DNA from: Thraustochytrium aureum
Lineage: Eukaryota
Direction of reading: 5' to 3'
Assembly (NCBI GenBank): GCA_012862495.1
Contig: BLSG01000314.1
Location: 24,501 to 88,376 of the forward strand
DNA length: 63,876 nt
Shown: positions 1 to 10,228 of the stretch, piece after piece
Layout: every line of letters starts with the position of its first letter
Position numbering within the stretch: the first letter of the stretch is position 1
Notes under the pieces: model-generated
Told to the model about the DNA's origin: nothing
What the model saw: the letters and a program-made list of their open reading frames with translations, nothing else
Databases searched by the model: none
Translations under genes and position numbers: made by a program

Positions 1-48
1 GGTCGTTGCGGGGGCTTGCGCGAAGGTCGTGCCGCGGGCGGGGCAGGG

Positions 49-2099
49 ATGGAGCTGGTCAATGCAGCAAGGCGCGCGCTAGGCGCTGCGAGGGCCCCCG
101 GGAAGAGGGCCAGAGGGCTGGCGACTGGTGGTCAAAAGCCTGCGAGCAACGTGCCGGCGAAAGGGCCAAAAAAGCGGTTCAACGTGGTCGGCGTGGACAA
201 GCGGCTGGTCGCTCTTGAGGAGGACTACACGGACAAGAATGGGACCATGGTAGCCGCTGGCGATGTCGTCTTTGCTGGGGACGACCCCAAGCCAGCCGGC
301 GTCATCCTGTTTCAAGCACAGGGTCTTTCGTTCGCCGCCAGGTTGGACTCGTTCGACGGCGGGCCGCTCCAAGTTGGCGGCAAGGCCATGTCTCGACGCG
401 AAGCGCAGCTTCGCATCTCCAAGACGATCGACTTTCGGCGTCGCGCCATCGACGGTGTTGCGGTTTGCGAGTCCAGCTCGAGCTCGCAGGGAGCTCTCGT
501 GGTGCGCAACCAGCCGCGCGACGTCGAGCGGGAGGTGATCTCAGACGGCTGGGGGCCTTGGTATCACCTCGATTGATGCGCTCGCTCCTGTCGGCCTCGG
601 GCAGAGCATGCTATTTACGAGCGCCTTCGACAAAGCCGCCGCAGAGCGCCGCGATCAACTCATCTTGGATGCTGCCATGGGAGTGTTGGGCAACCCTTGC
701 AACGAGACCGCGCACGTCTGGGTTGCAGTCCCTCCGCTTGCGAATCAGATCTCGTCCGTTTTTGATGTTGACCGGCTCGAGGAGCGGCTTGAGCGTGCTG
801 GCGCCCGCGACAGGTGCACGCTCGTGCAGCCTCCCAGCGACGAAGATGCGGACGTGATGGGCGTGGTGAACAGCTTTGCGGCTTGTACGCTAGCGGAAAT
901 GCGGCGCGACAACGCGGGCCACGCACTCCTCCTGCTCCCCGACCTGCATTCGCACTATGTTACCTGGCGGCGCGCGCAGCGTATGGCGGCAAACTATTAC
1001 AAGGAGACGCGTGGCCATGTCCCCGCGAGCCTCTTTGCGCCCGGCACTGACCGCGCCGACCTCCGCCAATACTACAGCGCGCTTATCCAGCGGTCTGCGC
1101 GGCTCAGCAAAGCCCTGGGATCTGGCACGCTCACAACGCTGCAGGGCGTCTTTATCGAGCCAGACAGAAAGTCCCGGACGGCCAAGCTCTCCAGAGAGCC
1201 GGCCACACCTCCGTCGGACAAGCCCGCCGCACCGGCGGAGGCGAATGCAGAGCGCAGCGAGCAAGTTTTTGACGTCAAAACGCTCTTGACCGAGCCAGGT
1301 CGCACGCCGAAAGAATTGAACCGCATCAAAGTCCTCGCTGACCGCGGCGTGCCGCTGACGAGAGCGAATCTTGCCAAGGTAGGCATCAAGCCGCCCGAGC
1401 CGAAGCCCGACGAGGCGGCGACGGACCCGGAAGGTCAACTCGCAGCGTGGGGGCTGACCGGGCCGCTCGTTTCGAGCTCGACACAGACGCAGCACGCGGA
1501 GGAGCTCAAGTCGATCTCGGACGGCCACATCTCGACGCTGCCTGCGCAAGCCCTCTTCGACTTTGACATTGGCAACTCGTTGACGCGGATCGGCATCGGC
1601 CTGAACAAGAAGCGCTCCCGCGATACTCGGCCCTTGCCGCTCCGCCAAGTCGCTGGCCCGTTGCGTCTGCAGCTCGCGAGCATGCTAGACGTCGACCCGC
1701 AGAAGGTAAGTTTTGGATTGGGTCCCGCTTCCGCGAGGCGTGCAAGTGAGATTTCGGCGCATGTCCCTGACCTGGTCACATCTTTGCGCGAAGGGAACGG
1801 AGCTGCCGCGAACGGTCCTCCTGTATGCCGAGGCCCTCCGGCACTCTCCTGAAACGCAAGTCCCGCTGGAGGAGCAGGTTGCTACGCTCTACGCGTTGGA
1901 GCAGCGCTTGTTTGACACGCCCGAGAAGGAGGCGCTGTTGGTGGGTGGCGACAAGGCGCCGTTTCTTTACGAGCTTGGGGCGCAGATCCCAGCCCCGTTG
2001 CGCAACGCGATTCGCAAGAAGGAGGTCGAGCTTTCGGAGACTCAGCTCGACGGGCTGCGTGAGGCCGCGGAGCGGGCCATTGAAGCTGCGCTGGGCTAG
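49..2099 (+). CDS. Divergent F1-ATP synthase alpha-subunit-like protein (probable pseudo-ATPase), nuclear-encoded, with a putative mitochondrial presequence. One frameshift near 548-556 and one intron (1706-1793).
   Basis: Joined frames give collinear alpha-subunit motifs: LGITSIDALAPVGLGQSMLF (cf. [20 protein letters not shown]), GHALLLLPDL (GKHALIIYDDL), YYSALIQRSARLSKALGSGTLTTL (YLHSRLLERAAKL..GGGSLTAL), KSISDGHI (ISITDGQI), DIGNSLTRIG (NVGLSVSRVG), LRQVAGPLRLQLA (MKQVAGSLKLELA), VPLEEQVATLYA (LPVEEQVVVIYA). The N-terminus is Arg/Ala-rich. Confidence 0.8.
1706..1793 (+). other. Spliceosomal intron (88 nt) in the alpha-like gene
   Basis: GTAAGT donor at 1706, CTGAC branch-like motif near 1767, AAG acceptor ending at 1793. 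Removing it joins the 608 and 1713 reading frames (..PQK|GTELPR..). Confidence 0.75.
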
Positions 2100-2401
2100 A
2101 CGGTGTGTCGGTCTTGCGGTCTGTTTAGTTTTGTGGATCAACGGAGCGCACTCCGCGGTCGGCTCTGTGTTTGCTGCTGGGGTTCCCATGTGGAGAACCC
2201 CCCCCCCCAGCCCCCATGCTGCGGTTTCCGTTTCCCCCGATGGCGCCCTCTCGCTACCAGAGCCACGCGAAAGAGAATCCAGCAGTAGAGCACCTACGCT
2301 CGAGTTCGCGCCAGAACGTGAAAGAAAATTTTCTCTACAGATCAAAACTAATACAGCACTACTCGAGGGAGGGTGTTGTCAGAACAGGTGCGACGAGGCG
2401 T

Positions 2402-3694
2402 TTAGGACGAGAAGACCTTGCACGGATTGTAATCCACCGATGCGCGGCTCGAATCATCGACAACCAGCCGCCACGAGTTGTGCGAGACGTCGCCCCGCCC
2501 AGCGACGAGCAATAGCGCCTCCTGCCAGGCCGACGAGCCCAAGTCCACAATGGCACGCGGGCTGTTGAGCGCGAGCGCCGTCTTGGCCAAGCGAGTCGCC
2601 CCTGCGACGTCCAAGTCCCAGTCTAGCGAGAGGAGCTGCCACTGCCGCTGCTGAACCTGGCCGCGGCGGCCGCGGGCTCGAGCGCCGAGCTTGAGCGACC
2701 GAACGACGTATTCGGTGATTTTCTCCATACGCGGCTCTAGCGTCTCGGCGAGGAACCCTGGCTCGAGCTGCAGCGAAGCGACGAGCTTGCCGGAGAGGTC
2801 GGACCACGGAATCTGCACCTCGTCGCTTGGTAAGATATTTTGGAGGGAGCGCGTCGCGTTCCCGCCTGGCCGCTCGTCCTGCAATTGGGACACGTAGGCG
2901 AACCCCGTGTGGAAGTACAACACCAAGGGTGAGGTGGATGCGACGAGGGCCCACGTTCGGAGCTGCACACGATGGCCGTCAAAGCGCGCAGGCCGGATCG
3001 GCAGCGAGCTTAGCACGCCGCGCCGGATCGGAGGACCGCTGCAAGGCTTGCTCGCGCCAGCGACGAGCTCAGCGCCACGAACTACCCTGGTCGAATAAAC
3101 CGAGTCCTCAACCCACAGCCGCTGGGCAAAGGTGCCTCTGCGCTTCCGCAGCGCTTGCACGAGCATCGCGCACTCGCGCTGGCGGCGGAGGTCGAATCGG
3201 AGCGGCTCCAGGCCGAGGTCGCTTGGGCTGCACCCAAACGAGAGCGTGTACTCGTGGTTCAGGCACGACTGTTTGGTGCAATATTTCTCTTGCGGCCTGG
3301 CAACAGCTGCCGTGGGCCCAGCGCCGAGGCTGATCCCGTCGTCCTCCAGCCGAAGCGTCGCTTGACTCGGATCCGCCACGGAGGCCCACCCGATCGACCC
3401 CAGCGCGCTCTCGAGCCAGCCGAACTCTCCGAGCGCCGGGTCTGCCCAATAGGTCCACTCGACCACCTCGTCCTGCCCGGGCCAGCTCACCTCGTCCTGC
3501 CACTGCTGCTCCGCGCTAATCCTCACGCTCAACTTCATCCACGAGCGCCCGAGCAGCGCCCGCTGCGTCCTCCCCTGCAGCACCAGCACCTCCCACACCA
3601 CGAGCCCCGCCGCGAGGACGACGAGCACCGCGACCGCCGCGGCTCTCGGCGTGGCCCTCACTTGTTTCCCGCGTTTCCATCGCGACCCATCCAT
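2402..3694 (-). CDS. Type II membrane protein with a degenerate tubulin-tyrosine-ligase-like (ATP-grasp) domain
   Basis: Basic N-terminus followed by a hydrophobic helix (AAAVAVLVVLAAGLVVWEVLVL). PARFDGHRVQLRTWALVASTSPLVLYFHTG resembles TTL PLLIDGRKFDLRVYVLVTS.DPL.VY; WQLLSLDWDLD resembles FELLGFDFMLD. Confidence 0.65.
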   Translation of the reverse strand: MDGSRWKRGKQVRATPRAAAVAVLVVLAAGLVVWEVLVLQGRTQRALLGRSWMKLSVRISAEQQWQDEVSWPGQDEVVEWTYWADPALGEFGWLESALGSIGWASVADPSQATLRLEDDGISLGAGPTAAVARPQEKYCTKQSCLNHEYTLSFGCSPSDLGLEPLRFDLRRQRECAMLVQALRKRRGTFAQRLWVEDSVYSTRVVRGAELVAGASKPCSGPPIRRGVLSSLPIRPARFDGHRVQLRTWALVASTSPLVLYFHTGFAYVSQLQDERPGGNATRSLQNILPSDEVQIPWSDLSGKLVASLQLEPGFLAETLEPRMEKITEYVVRSLKLGARARGRRGQVQQRQWQLLSLDWDLDVAGATRLAKTALALNSPRAIVDLGSSAWQEALLLVAGRGDVSHNSWRLVVDDSSRASVDYNPCKVFSS

Positions 3695-3737
3695 CCGTGA
3701 CAGCGCCTCGCGCAGCGTCGTCCCTCGCCGCCAAGCT

Positions 3738-3829
3738 CGCACGCACGCACGCACGCACGCACTGGCACGCGCACTGACGCACGCACGGGCACACGCACTG
3801 ACGCACGCACGCACTGACGCACGCACGCA
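3738..3829. repeat. (GCAC)n-type microsatellite
   Basis: Imperfect gcac/gcactgac tandem run just upstream of the TTL-like start codon. Confidence 0.85.
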
Positions 3830-4002
3830 GGACGATCGGGGACTGCGTGCCTGCGCGGCTGGCTCCATGTACACTCTACTCTGCCGTGTCTTTTCCTCTT
3901 CGGAAATACCTACTAGTACTTCGTCCAATGCCAGGTGCACACCGACCACGACGGCAATTCTGCGAGCTGTCCCGCATGCAGCTCGAGAGGACTCGCTGCA
4001 CC

Positions 4003-4118
4003 GCGCTGCCTGGGAGGGCGCTGCCTGGGAGCCGCTGCCTGGGAGGGCGCTGCCTGCATGCAATGCCTGCATGCAATGCCTGCATGCAATGCCTGCATGC
4101 AATGCCTGCCTGCTGCCT
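4003..4118. repeat. Compound minisatellite: GCTGCCTGGGAG units followed by a 13-bp GCCTGCATGCAAT tandem (about 4 copies)
   Basis: Directly visible tandem copies; each 13-bp unit contains the palindrome TGCATGCA. Confidence 0.8.
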
Positions 4119-5169
4119 GCGCAGAGGAGCGCTTGGCTTGAGCTTGTGGAGCCGGCAGGAGCTCTCGAGCTAGCTTTGGTCGCCGTGGTGCTCGCTCGGA
4201 GCTGCGCAGAGGAAGGAAGGGCGGTGGTACTGCTCGGCAAGTCAGTTGTGGTTTGTAAAGTAGAGTACATCGCTTCCGTGCTTCCGTAGAGTACTGGGGA
4301 GGGCGCCAACAGCCGCGGCACTGCGGAATCGAGTTGCAAATCACGGGCAAGCCGAGCTTGCCCTGGGCGAGACTTTGGCAACCTGGATGAGCTGCTTCCC
4401 GCTTGCTCGGACACGTACGGCGTCTTGTCGGCTCGTGAGCACAAGGGACGGGGAGAGCAACCTAGGACAAAAGGCAACGCCCCAACCTGCGCCGTGCGTC
4501 AGTCCCGACTGCCGAGGGACCTCCGCAACATAACTAATGCAAAAGAGCTGAGCACGCGGACGCTCGTCGATTCAATCAAACAGTCTGGAGCGAGCACAAC
4601 AACGCGCACGGTCAGCAAATCGTCGGGCGCGCGCAGACAAAGCCTGCCGAGCAACAAGTCAACGCCCCTCGCCCACACCCCCAAACCGCATGCGCAGCCC
4701 CCACCGTTCAATTCTATCGATCAAAGCCCACACGGGAAACTTCGGGCAGTGCACTTATTTTGAAAGCATGTGCATGTTTTTATCATCACGGCTAGGTAGC
4801 TGCGCGCCCCCCGCCCGCTCCGGCCCAGCCACACCGTCCAACTCACCCGTCTTTGGACCGGCCGACGATTTACAGGTCCATCTTGCCCAAGAACAAACAG
4901 TTGCAGAGCCTGGAGCTCGCCAGTCCTGTCCGAATGGTCTCCGGGGGCGACTGCTCGGCCGCGGCTCCGCGCGGCCGTCTTCCTCGAGGCGAGAGCGACC
5001 GCCGCTGGGCGCCCGATGCGCCTTTGCCGCGCCTGTGGAGCGGTGGTCTGGCATTGTTGGCAAGCGACAAGGGCCGCATAAAAGCGTACCGCAGCAGGGA
5101 GGACCAAGGTGCGACGGGCGAGTTCGTTCGAAGTTGCGAGTCCTTCAGCTCCGAGTTTGAGTTGACGCA

Positions 5170-7536
5170 TCAATCGCTGACCCCGCCAGCCTCGGTCTGT
5201 GGAGGCGTTTCATCGGTGCTTGGCGGCGAGGCAGGTTCCGTGGCTTGAGATTCTGGGATTGGCGCGGCGACCGAGCTCGCCTCTTGTCGGGGTGAACTTG
5301 GCGCCTGCGCACCGTCGCTTGCACCGCCTGCTCTCGCGCTGGAGCCGTCTGGGGCTGGCTGCCTTTGCGTGGGAGCCTCGGAGGCCGCGCCGGCATGCAG
5401 CTGTTGTGCTTCGGTTGGTTTTGGCGTTGCGGCAAACTCGCCAGAGAACGATTCCTGACGCTGAGTCTTGGGAGGTCCTTGCAAGCTCGGTAGCGGCTTG
5501 GCAGACTCTTCGACGGGCTCTGGGATGACTTGCTTGGTGGCCGCCTTGTCGCTTTTCGCGTCGCGTCCTTTACCCTTGGCCGCGCCTCGAGGATTGGCGA
5601 CCTTGCCTGCTCGCCCTTCCTCTCGGTCCTTCGACTCGACTTGGCGCAGTGCATCGTGACGGCTGCGCGCTTCCTCCAAGCGCTTGTGGCGCTCTTTGTC
5701 ATAGAGCATCTTCTGCTTGCGCCTCTTCTCCTTTTCGACGCGGCCGTCCTTGGCCGCGCGCTCCTCCTCAAGGTTGGCCCGCGCTCGCTCTTTGTACCTT
5801 TCTGCGCCGCGCTCAAGCGAGGTGCTCAGCTCCTTCGAGTTTGCCTCTGTTTCTAGCCGGCCAAGAATCCGCCACAGCACGCGTGCGCAGCCCTCAAAGT
5901 CGAGCACGTGGTCTCCAGCTACGACGTTCGGATCGAGGGCTGCAGCGNNNNNNNNNNNNNNNNNNNNNNNNNNNNNNNNNNNNNNNNNNNNNNNNNNNNN
6001 NNNNNNNNNNNNNNNNNNNNNNNNNNNNNNNNNNNNNNNNNNNNNNNNNNNNNNNNNNNNNNNNNNNNNNNNNNNNNNNNNNNNNNNNNNNNNNNNNNNN
6101 NNNNNNNNNNNNNNNNNNNNNNNNNNNNNNNNNNNNNNNNNNNNNNNNNNNNNNNNNNNNNNNNCTTGGTTGGGTGCTTCGAGTCCTGCTGTTCCCGCTT
6201 GGGGTCCTCCCGTTTACGCTCACTTTTCTTGTGGTGAGGCGAGGTTGGGTCGGCGGGCGCCCTGTATCCTGGCGCTCGCACTGGGCTCGGCGCTCGCGCG
6301 ACGACCTCGAAGGGCTCGGAGTGCTCGGGCTTGATCAAGAGCGCCGTGCCCACGGCCGCCTCCAGCACTTGGTCTATGACCTCGAGCGCCGCTTGGACTG
6401 CGGGTTGGTGCACGCGTATCGAGTCTGGCGCGAAAATAGATTGTGCTGCGCGACGGCCACGTCCCGAGGCACTTACCAAGCCGATAGTCCCCAACGGCAA
6501 CTACGCGCATGTGCTCCAGCAGGGCGTGAAGTCGGGTCGCTGGGCACGGGCCCGGCCGCTCTGCCGCCTTGCCTCGGCGGCTCGAAAACCATCCCGGCCG
6601 CAGCAGCTCTGGCTTTGCCGAAGCCGTAGCTGCGTCGAGGCCGCTAGATTTCCAAAGTGCCTCAAGCGCCCGCGGGACGTCGGTGATGGCCATGAGCCCC
6701 TGCAAAAAGTCCAGGTAGCCCATTTCATTCCCTGCGTGCGCTGCACAATGCATAAAGATGTCAAGCCCGTCGTTGGCGTGCAGGACCTCAGGCACGACGT
6801 GGAACGCACGAAGAAATGCAAGCCACTCCTTGGACGACATCGAGGTGGTGTCCTGAAGCTTTGCCTGGAACGTGACTGCTTCGGAGGCTCCTTTCGAAGC
6901 GAAGATGCCAAACAACTTGCGCAGCGACTCGACGTAGGGCCCTGTTGTGGCGGCCACAAAGTCGGCCACCTCACGCGAGATGTGCCGCACGCCGTTCCAG
7001 CTTGCCACTTGCTCGGCTACCGCTGCTTCAAAGAGCCTCTCGGGACACGGCGCCCCGCCTGTGTCCTTCAGGTCAAGGTACTCCTTCCGAACCTCCTCGG
7101 ACAGCAGCCGTCGCTCGGCAGACGCCTCGTGCTCTTCCTTGCGACGGTCTCTGAGCGCTTTGAACTTCTTCTTCTGAGCCTCCTGCGCTTTGAGCTCGAT
7201 TTGTGCGCGGTCCTCTTCGAGGCGTGCAAGCCTTTCGCGCTTGGCCCGAGCAGCAGCTTCGCGTTGGTTGATTTCTATCTTTGCCTTCTCCTCGAACGAA
7301 ATCCAAGCACTCGGAGACTTGGGCGAGCGCGGGTCCTGTGCCGACCTCTGCGCCGGGATTGAGTGGATTTCCGCGCGGTGGAGTGGCTCTATTCGGGTGC
7401 GCTTGGGATGATCCCGCTTCCCTTGTTGCACCTGCGCCTGGCCCGCCTTGGGCAGGATGGCGCTGGGAGGCTTGTCGGCAGAGAGAGCGGAGACTTCGGG
7501 CTCTTGTACCGTGTGCCGAGCGGAGAGCGTGCGCAA
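5170..7536 (-). CDS. Uncharacterised coiled-coil protein with an EF-hand/p25-alpha-like segment (gapped and frameshifted); possibly the 3' part of the upstream ARM-like gene
   Basis: Charged coiled-coil stretches. SLRKLFGIFASK..SMSSKEWLAFLRAFHVVP..LDIF..EMGYLDFLQGL looks like paired EF-hand-like helices. Continues across the N gap (MLDFEGCARVL..). Confidence 0.5.
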
Positions 7537-9587
7537 CTGGCGCCTTCTCGAGCCATAGAAGGCGAGTGCAGCCAGCGGGGCTCTGCTTGGACAGCGATTG
7601 CCTCAGGCTCGGCTGGGCTCGAGCAATGCGAAGCTCCAACCCGCTTCTGGAACTCTCGAGCATCGTCTAGAATTGACTGGACCTTAGGGCAGCGCGACCA
7701 CAACAGGGCGTTGGCAAGCGTGCCGTCGCGGCAGGGGTCAACTTCCAATTCCGCAACAACGAGCGCGCGCAGCATGCTTGCTAGCGCACGGTCCGCCTCG
7801 CTTTGCAAGCATGCGCAGGGGCCCAGGTCTGGTCGCAGCGCGCTTGTGCCCGTCTCAACGCTGAGCTTGTCGAGCAGCCTCGCTTTGCCTTGCGCGTAGC
7901 CGCCTGGCCCACTGTAACCCCCTGGGCCTGGTGCTTGAGATCTTGCTCGCACCCTTGCCTGCTTGCTCTCCAACAGTTTTCGCTCGCGTTCGAGCGCCAA
8001 TGCGTCTCTGGAGGCCGAGTGGCGCTTCTCAAGCTCGGCCAGGCCGGCGTGCACGAGTCGCGCTCGAAAATTGGCCAGACTCGGTGGAGAACCTGGCCCA
8101 GGTATAGCGAGGATGGCCAAGATGAGGCGGATGGAGCGCGCCACGCGCGCGTCGGCGTGCTCGCCAGCTGCTGTCAGGCACCCCGGGGCAAGGGTCTCGC
8201 AGAGACCAAGCAATGCCGTCTCGTCCGCGAGGCCGAGGTGTGCATATGCAAGCGGAACAAGCTCGTCAAATCGGGCATTGCTGTACGGGATCCGGTCCGC
8301 AATGTGCTGGATGGCGGCAGACGCCCAGGCGCCAACGCCGAACTGTGCTAGCGACTCATTCAGCGCATTGACGAGCTCTACGCACCCATGGGCTCTGTCG
8401 ATTATTCCAAAACAAAGGTCCACAAAGTCAGCCGACCCACCGCTCATTGAAGTTCCACGATCGGGGAACGGGTGAGGCAGGCCACGTTGAGAGCCTGAAA
8501 TTGCAGGCTCCACAACGGTGACGAAGAGTCGCACGACACGCAAAGCTTGTTCGGGCCCCGGCACTTCCTTGCCAGGAAAGTGGATCTTGGCGCCACCGAC
8601 CCGGCTCGGCGCGAAGAGGTCGACCAGGTGGCGGCTCGCACACGAGACGAGAACCTGCGGAGCGCCAACTTGGACGAGCGCCTCCGGGTACTGGAGGGCA
8701 AGGAGATCCAAGAGATCTAGAACACTCGACATGCATACCGCCCGCGTCGACGCGCAGGCCCGCAACGCGCCGCAGGTTATTTCGCGGCCGAGTGAAGCGA
8801 GGCTTGCCTCCAGAACGTGAAGCCCCAGCTCGCTCACACAGCGCACCACATTTGTGTAGACCAGCTCGGTGCGCAGGCCCGGCGCGGCGGAGTTAAGTAG
8901 GATTCGACAGACCGCAGCGTACTGGCACGCGCTCGGGCGATCATCGCAGCAGAGCCGAAGCAGGGAGTAGGCGAATAAATCAAACAGCTGCCCTTCAAAA
9001 ACACGGAGCAGCGCGTCAACAAGACGCAGAGACTCCAGCGCCCCAGGCTGGTCCAGCGCCACGAGACCTGCTATGCACATCTCTAGCCCGCTCGTGCCGG
9101 GGCTGCAAGCCATTGCAACAATACCGTGCGAGGCGCGGCCTCGCCTTCCAAAGCGGGCTGATCGTCGTTCATCCGATCGAACACCGCGGTGAGCAACTCG
9201 AACCCAAGAAGCTGCACACGAGGATTTGCGGAAATAGCAGCGTCGGCCACCGCGCTGAGAATAAATGGCGTGAGCTGAGGGTTTACCGCAAGGGCGTCAC
9301 AGAGGTTTTCTCGAATCGCCACCAAATCCAACAGCCAGCTCTCGAGCCCGTTAACAGAGCAGAGGTCTGCGCTCTCGTGCAGCCATCGCCGAAGGTTTCT
9401 GCAATTTCCAACCTCCAGCATGATCTTCCTGGCTGGCCCGGGCTCGAGTCTGAGCCGCGTGGCGAGCAGTTTTGTCATGAACACGACAACTGGATCACTC
9501 AGGCAGCCCGCCCCAACCATGGCTTCGCGCGCGGTCCTGCTTTGGGCCAACGACCTTTTCCTTGCCGTGCGCGCCATTGCATCGCGG
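7389..9587 (-). CDS. Uncharacterised Leu-rich alpha-solenoid (ARM/HEAT-like) protein; 5' end in or beyond the gap at 9588-9842
   Basis: Long ORFs 7389..9113 and 9083..9587 of amphipathic Leu/Ala-rich helices, joined by an apparent frameshift. Confidence 0.5.
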
Positions 9588-10228
9588 NNNNNNNNNNNNN
9601 NNNNNNNNNNNNNNNNNNNNNNNNNNNNNNNNNNNNNNNNNNNNNNNNNNNNNNNNNNNNNNNNNNNNNNNNNNNNNNNNNNNNNNNNNNNNNNNNNNNN
9701 NNNNNNNNNNNNNNNNNNNNNNNNNNNNNNNNNNNNNNNNNNNNNNNNNNNNNNNNNNNNNNNNNNNNNNNNNNNNNNNNNNNNNNNNNNNNNNNNNNNN
9801 NNNNNNNNNNNNNNNNNNNNNNNNNNNNNNNNNNNNNNNNNNGTCAGCGGCGCGATACCTCCCACTCGTCGTGGAGCGGCCGACCTGAGTTGTCAAGGGG
9901 CAGCGATAGAAGATGCAGCGCCACTGGCGTGCATTTCTCGAAAGGCGTTAGCCGCCCTGCCGAGCTTGGTGTCCCCATCAATTCTCTGTGCGAGCGAGAA
10001 CTCTCCCCCAGTTTGGGCCTTTGCCACCCGCTTTATCCATCGCCACGCACAGCTGAGCGCGCGCAACTAAGGTGTCCGCACAGTTCGCTCCGCCACGATG
10101 CCATGGCGAGATGATCCGCGCAGGCGCGCCGAGAAACACGGCGCAAGGGAGAAATTGGTTGGTCGAAAACCAGATCCTTTCAAAATACTACAACATTACA
10201 CGACGCGACGAGCTGCGCGGTCACGGCG

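Noticed and set aside
3695..4477. N-terminal extension of the 691-aa ORF upstream of the TTL-like gene
   Set aside because: It translates microsatellite and minisatellite DNA. The Met at 3694, just before the TM helix, is the more plausible start.
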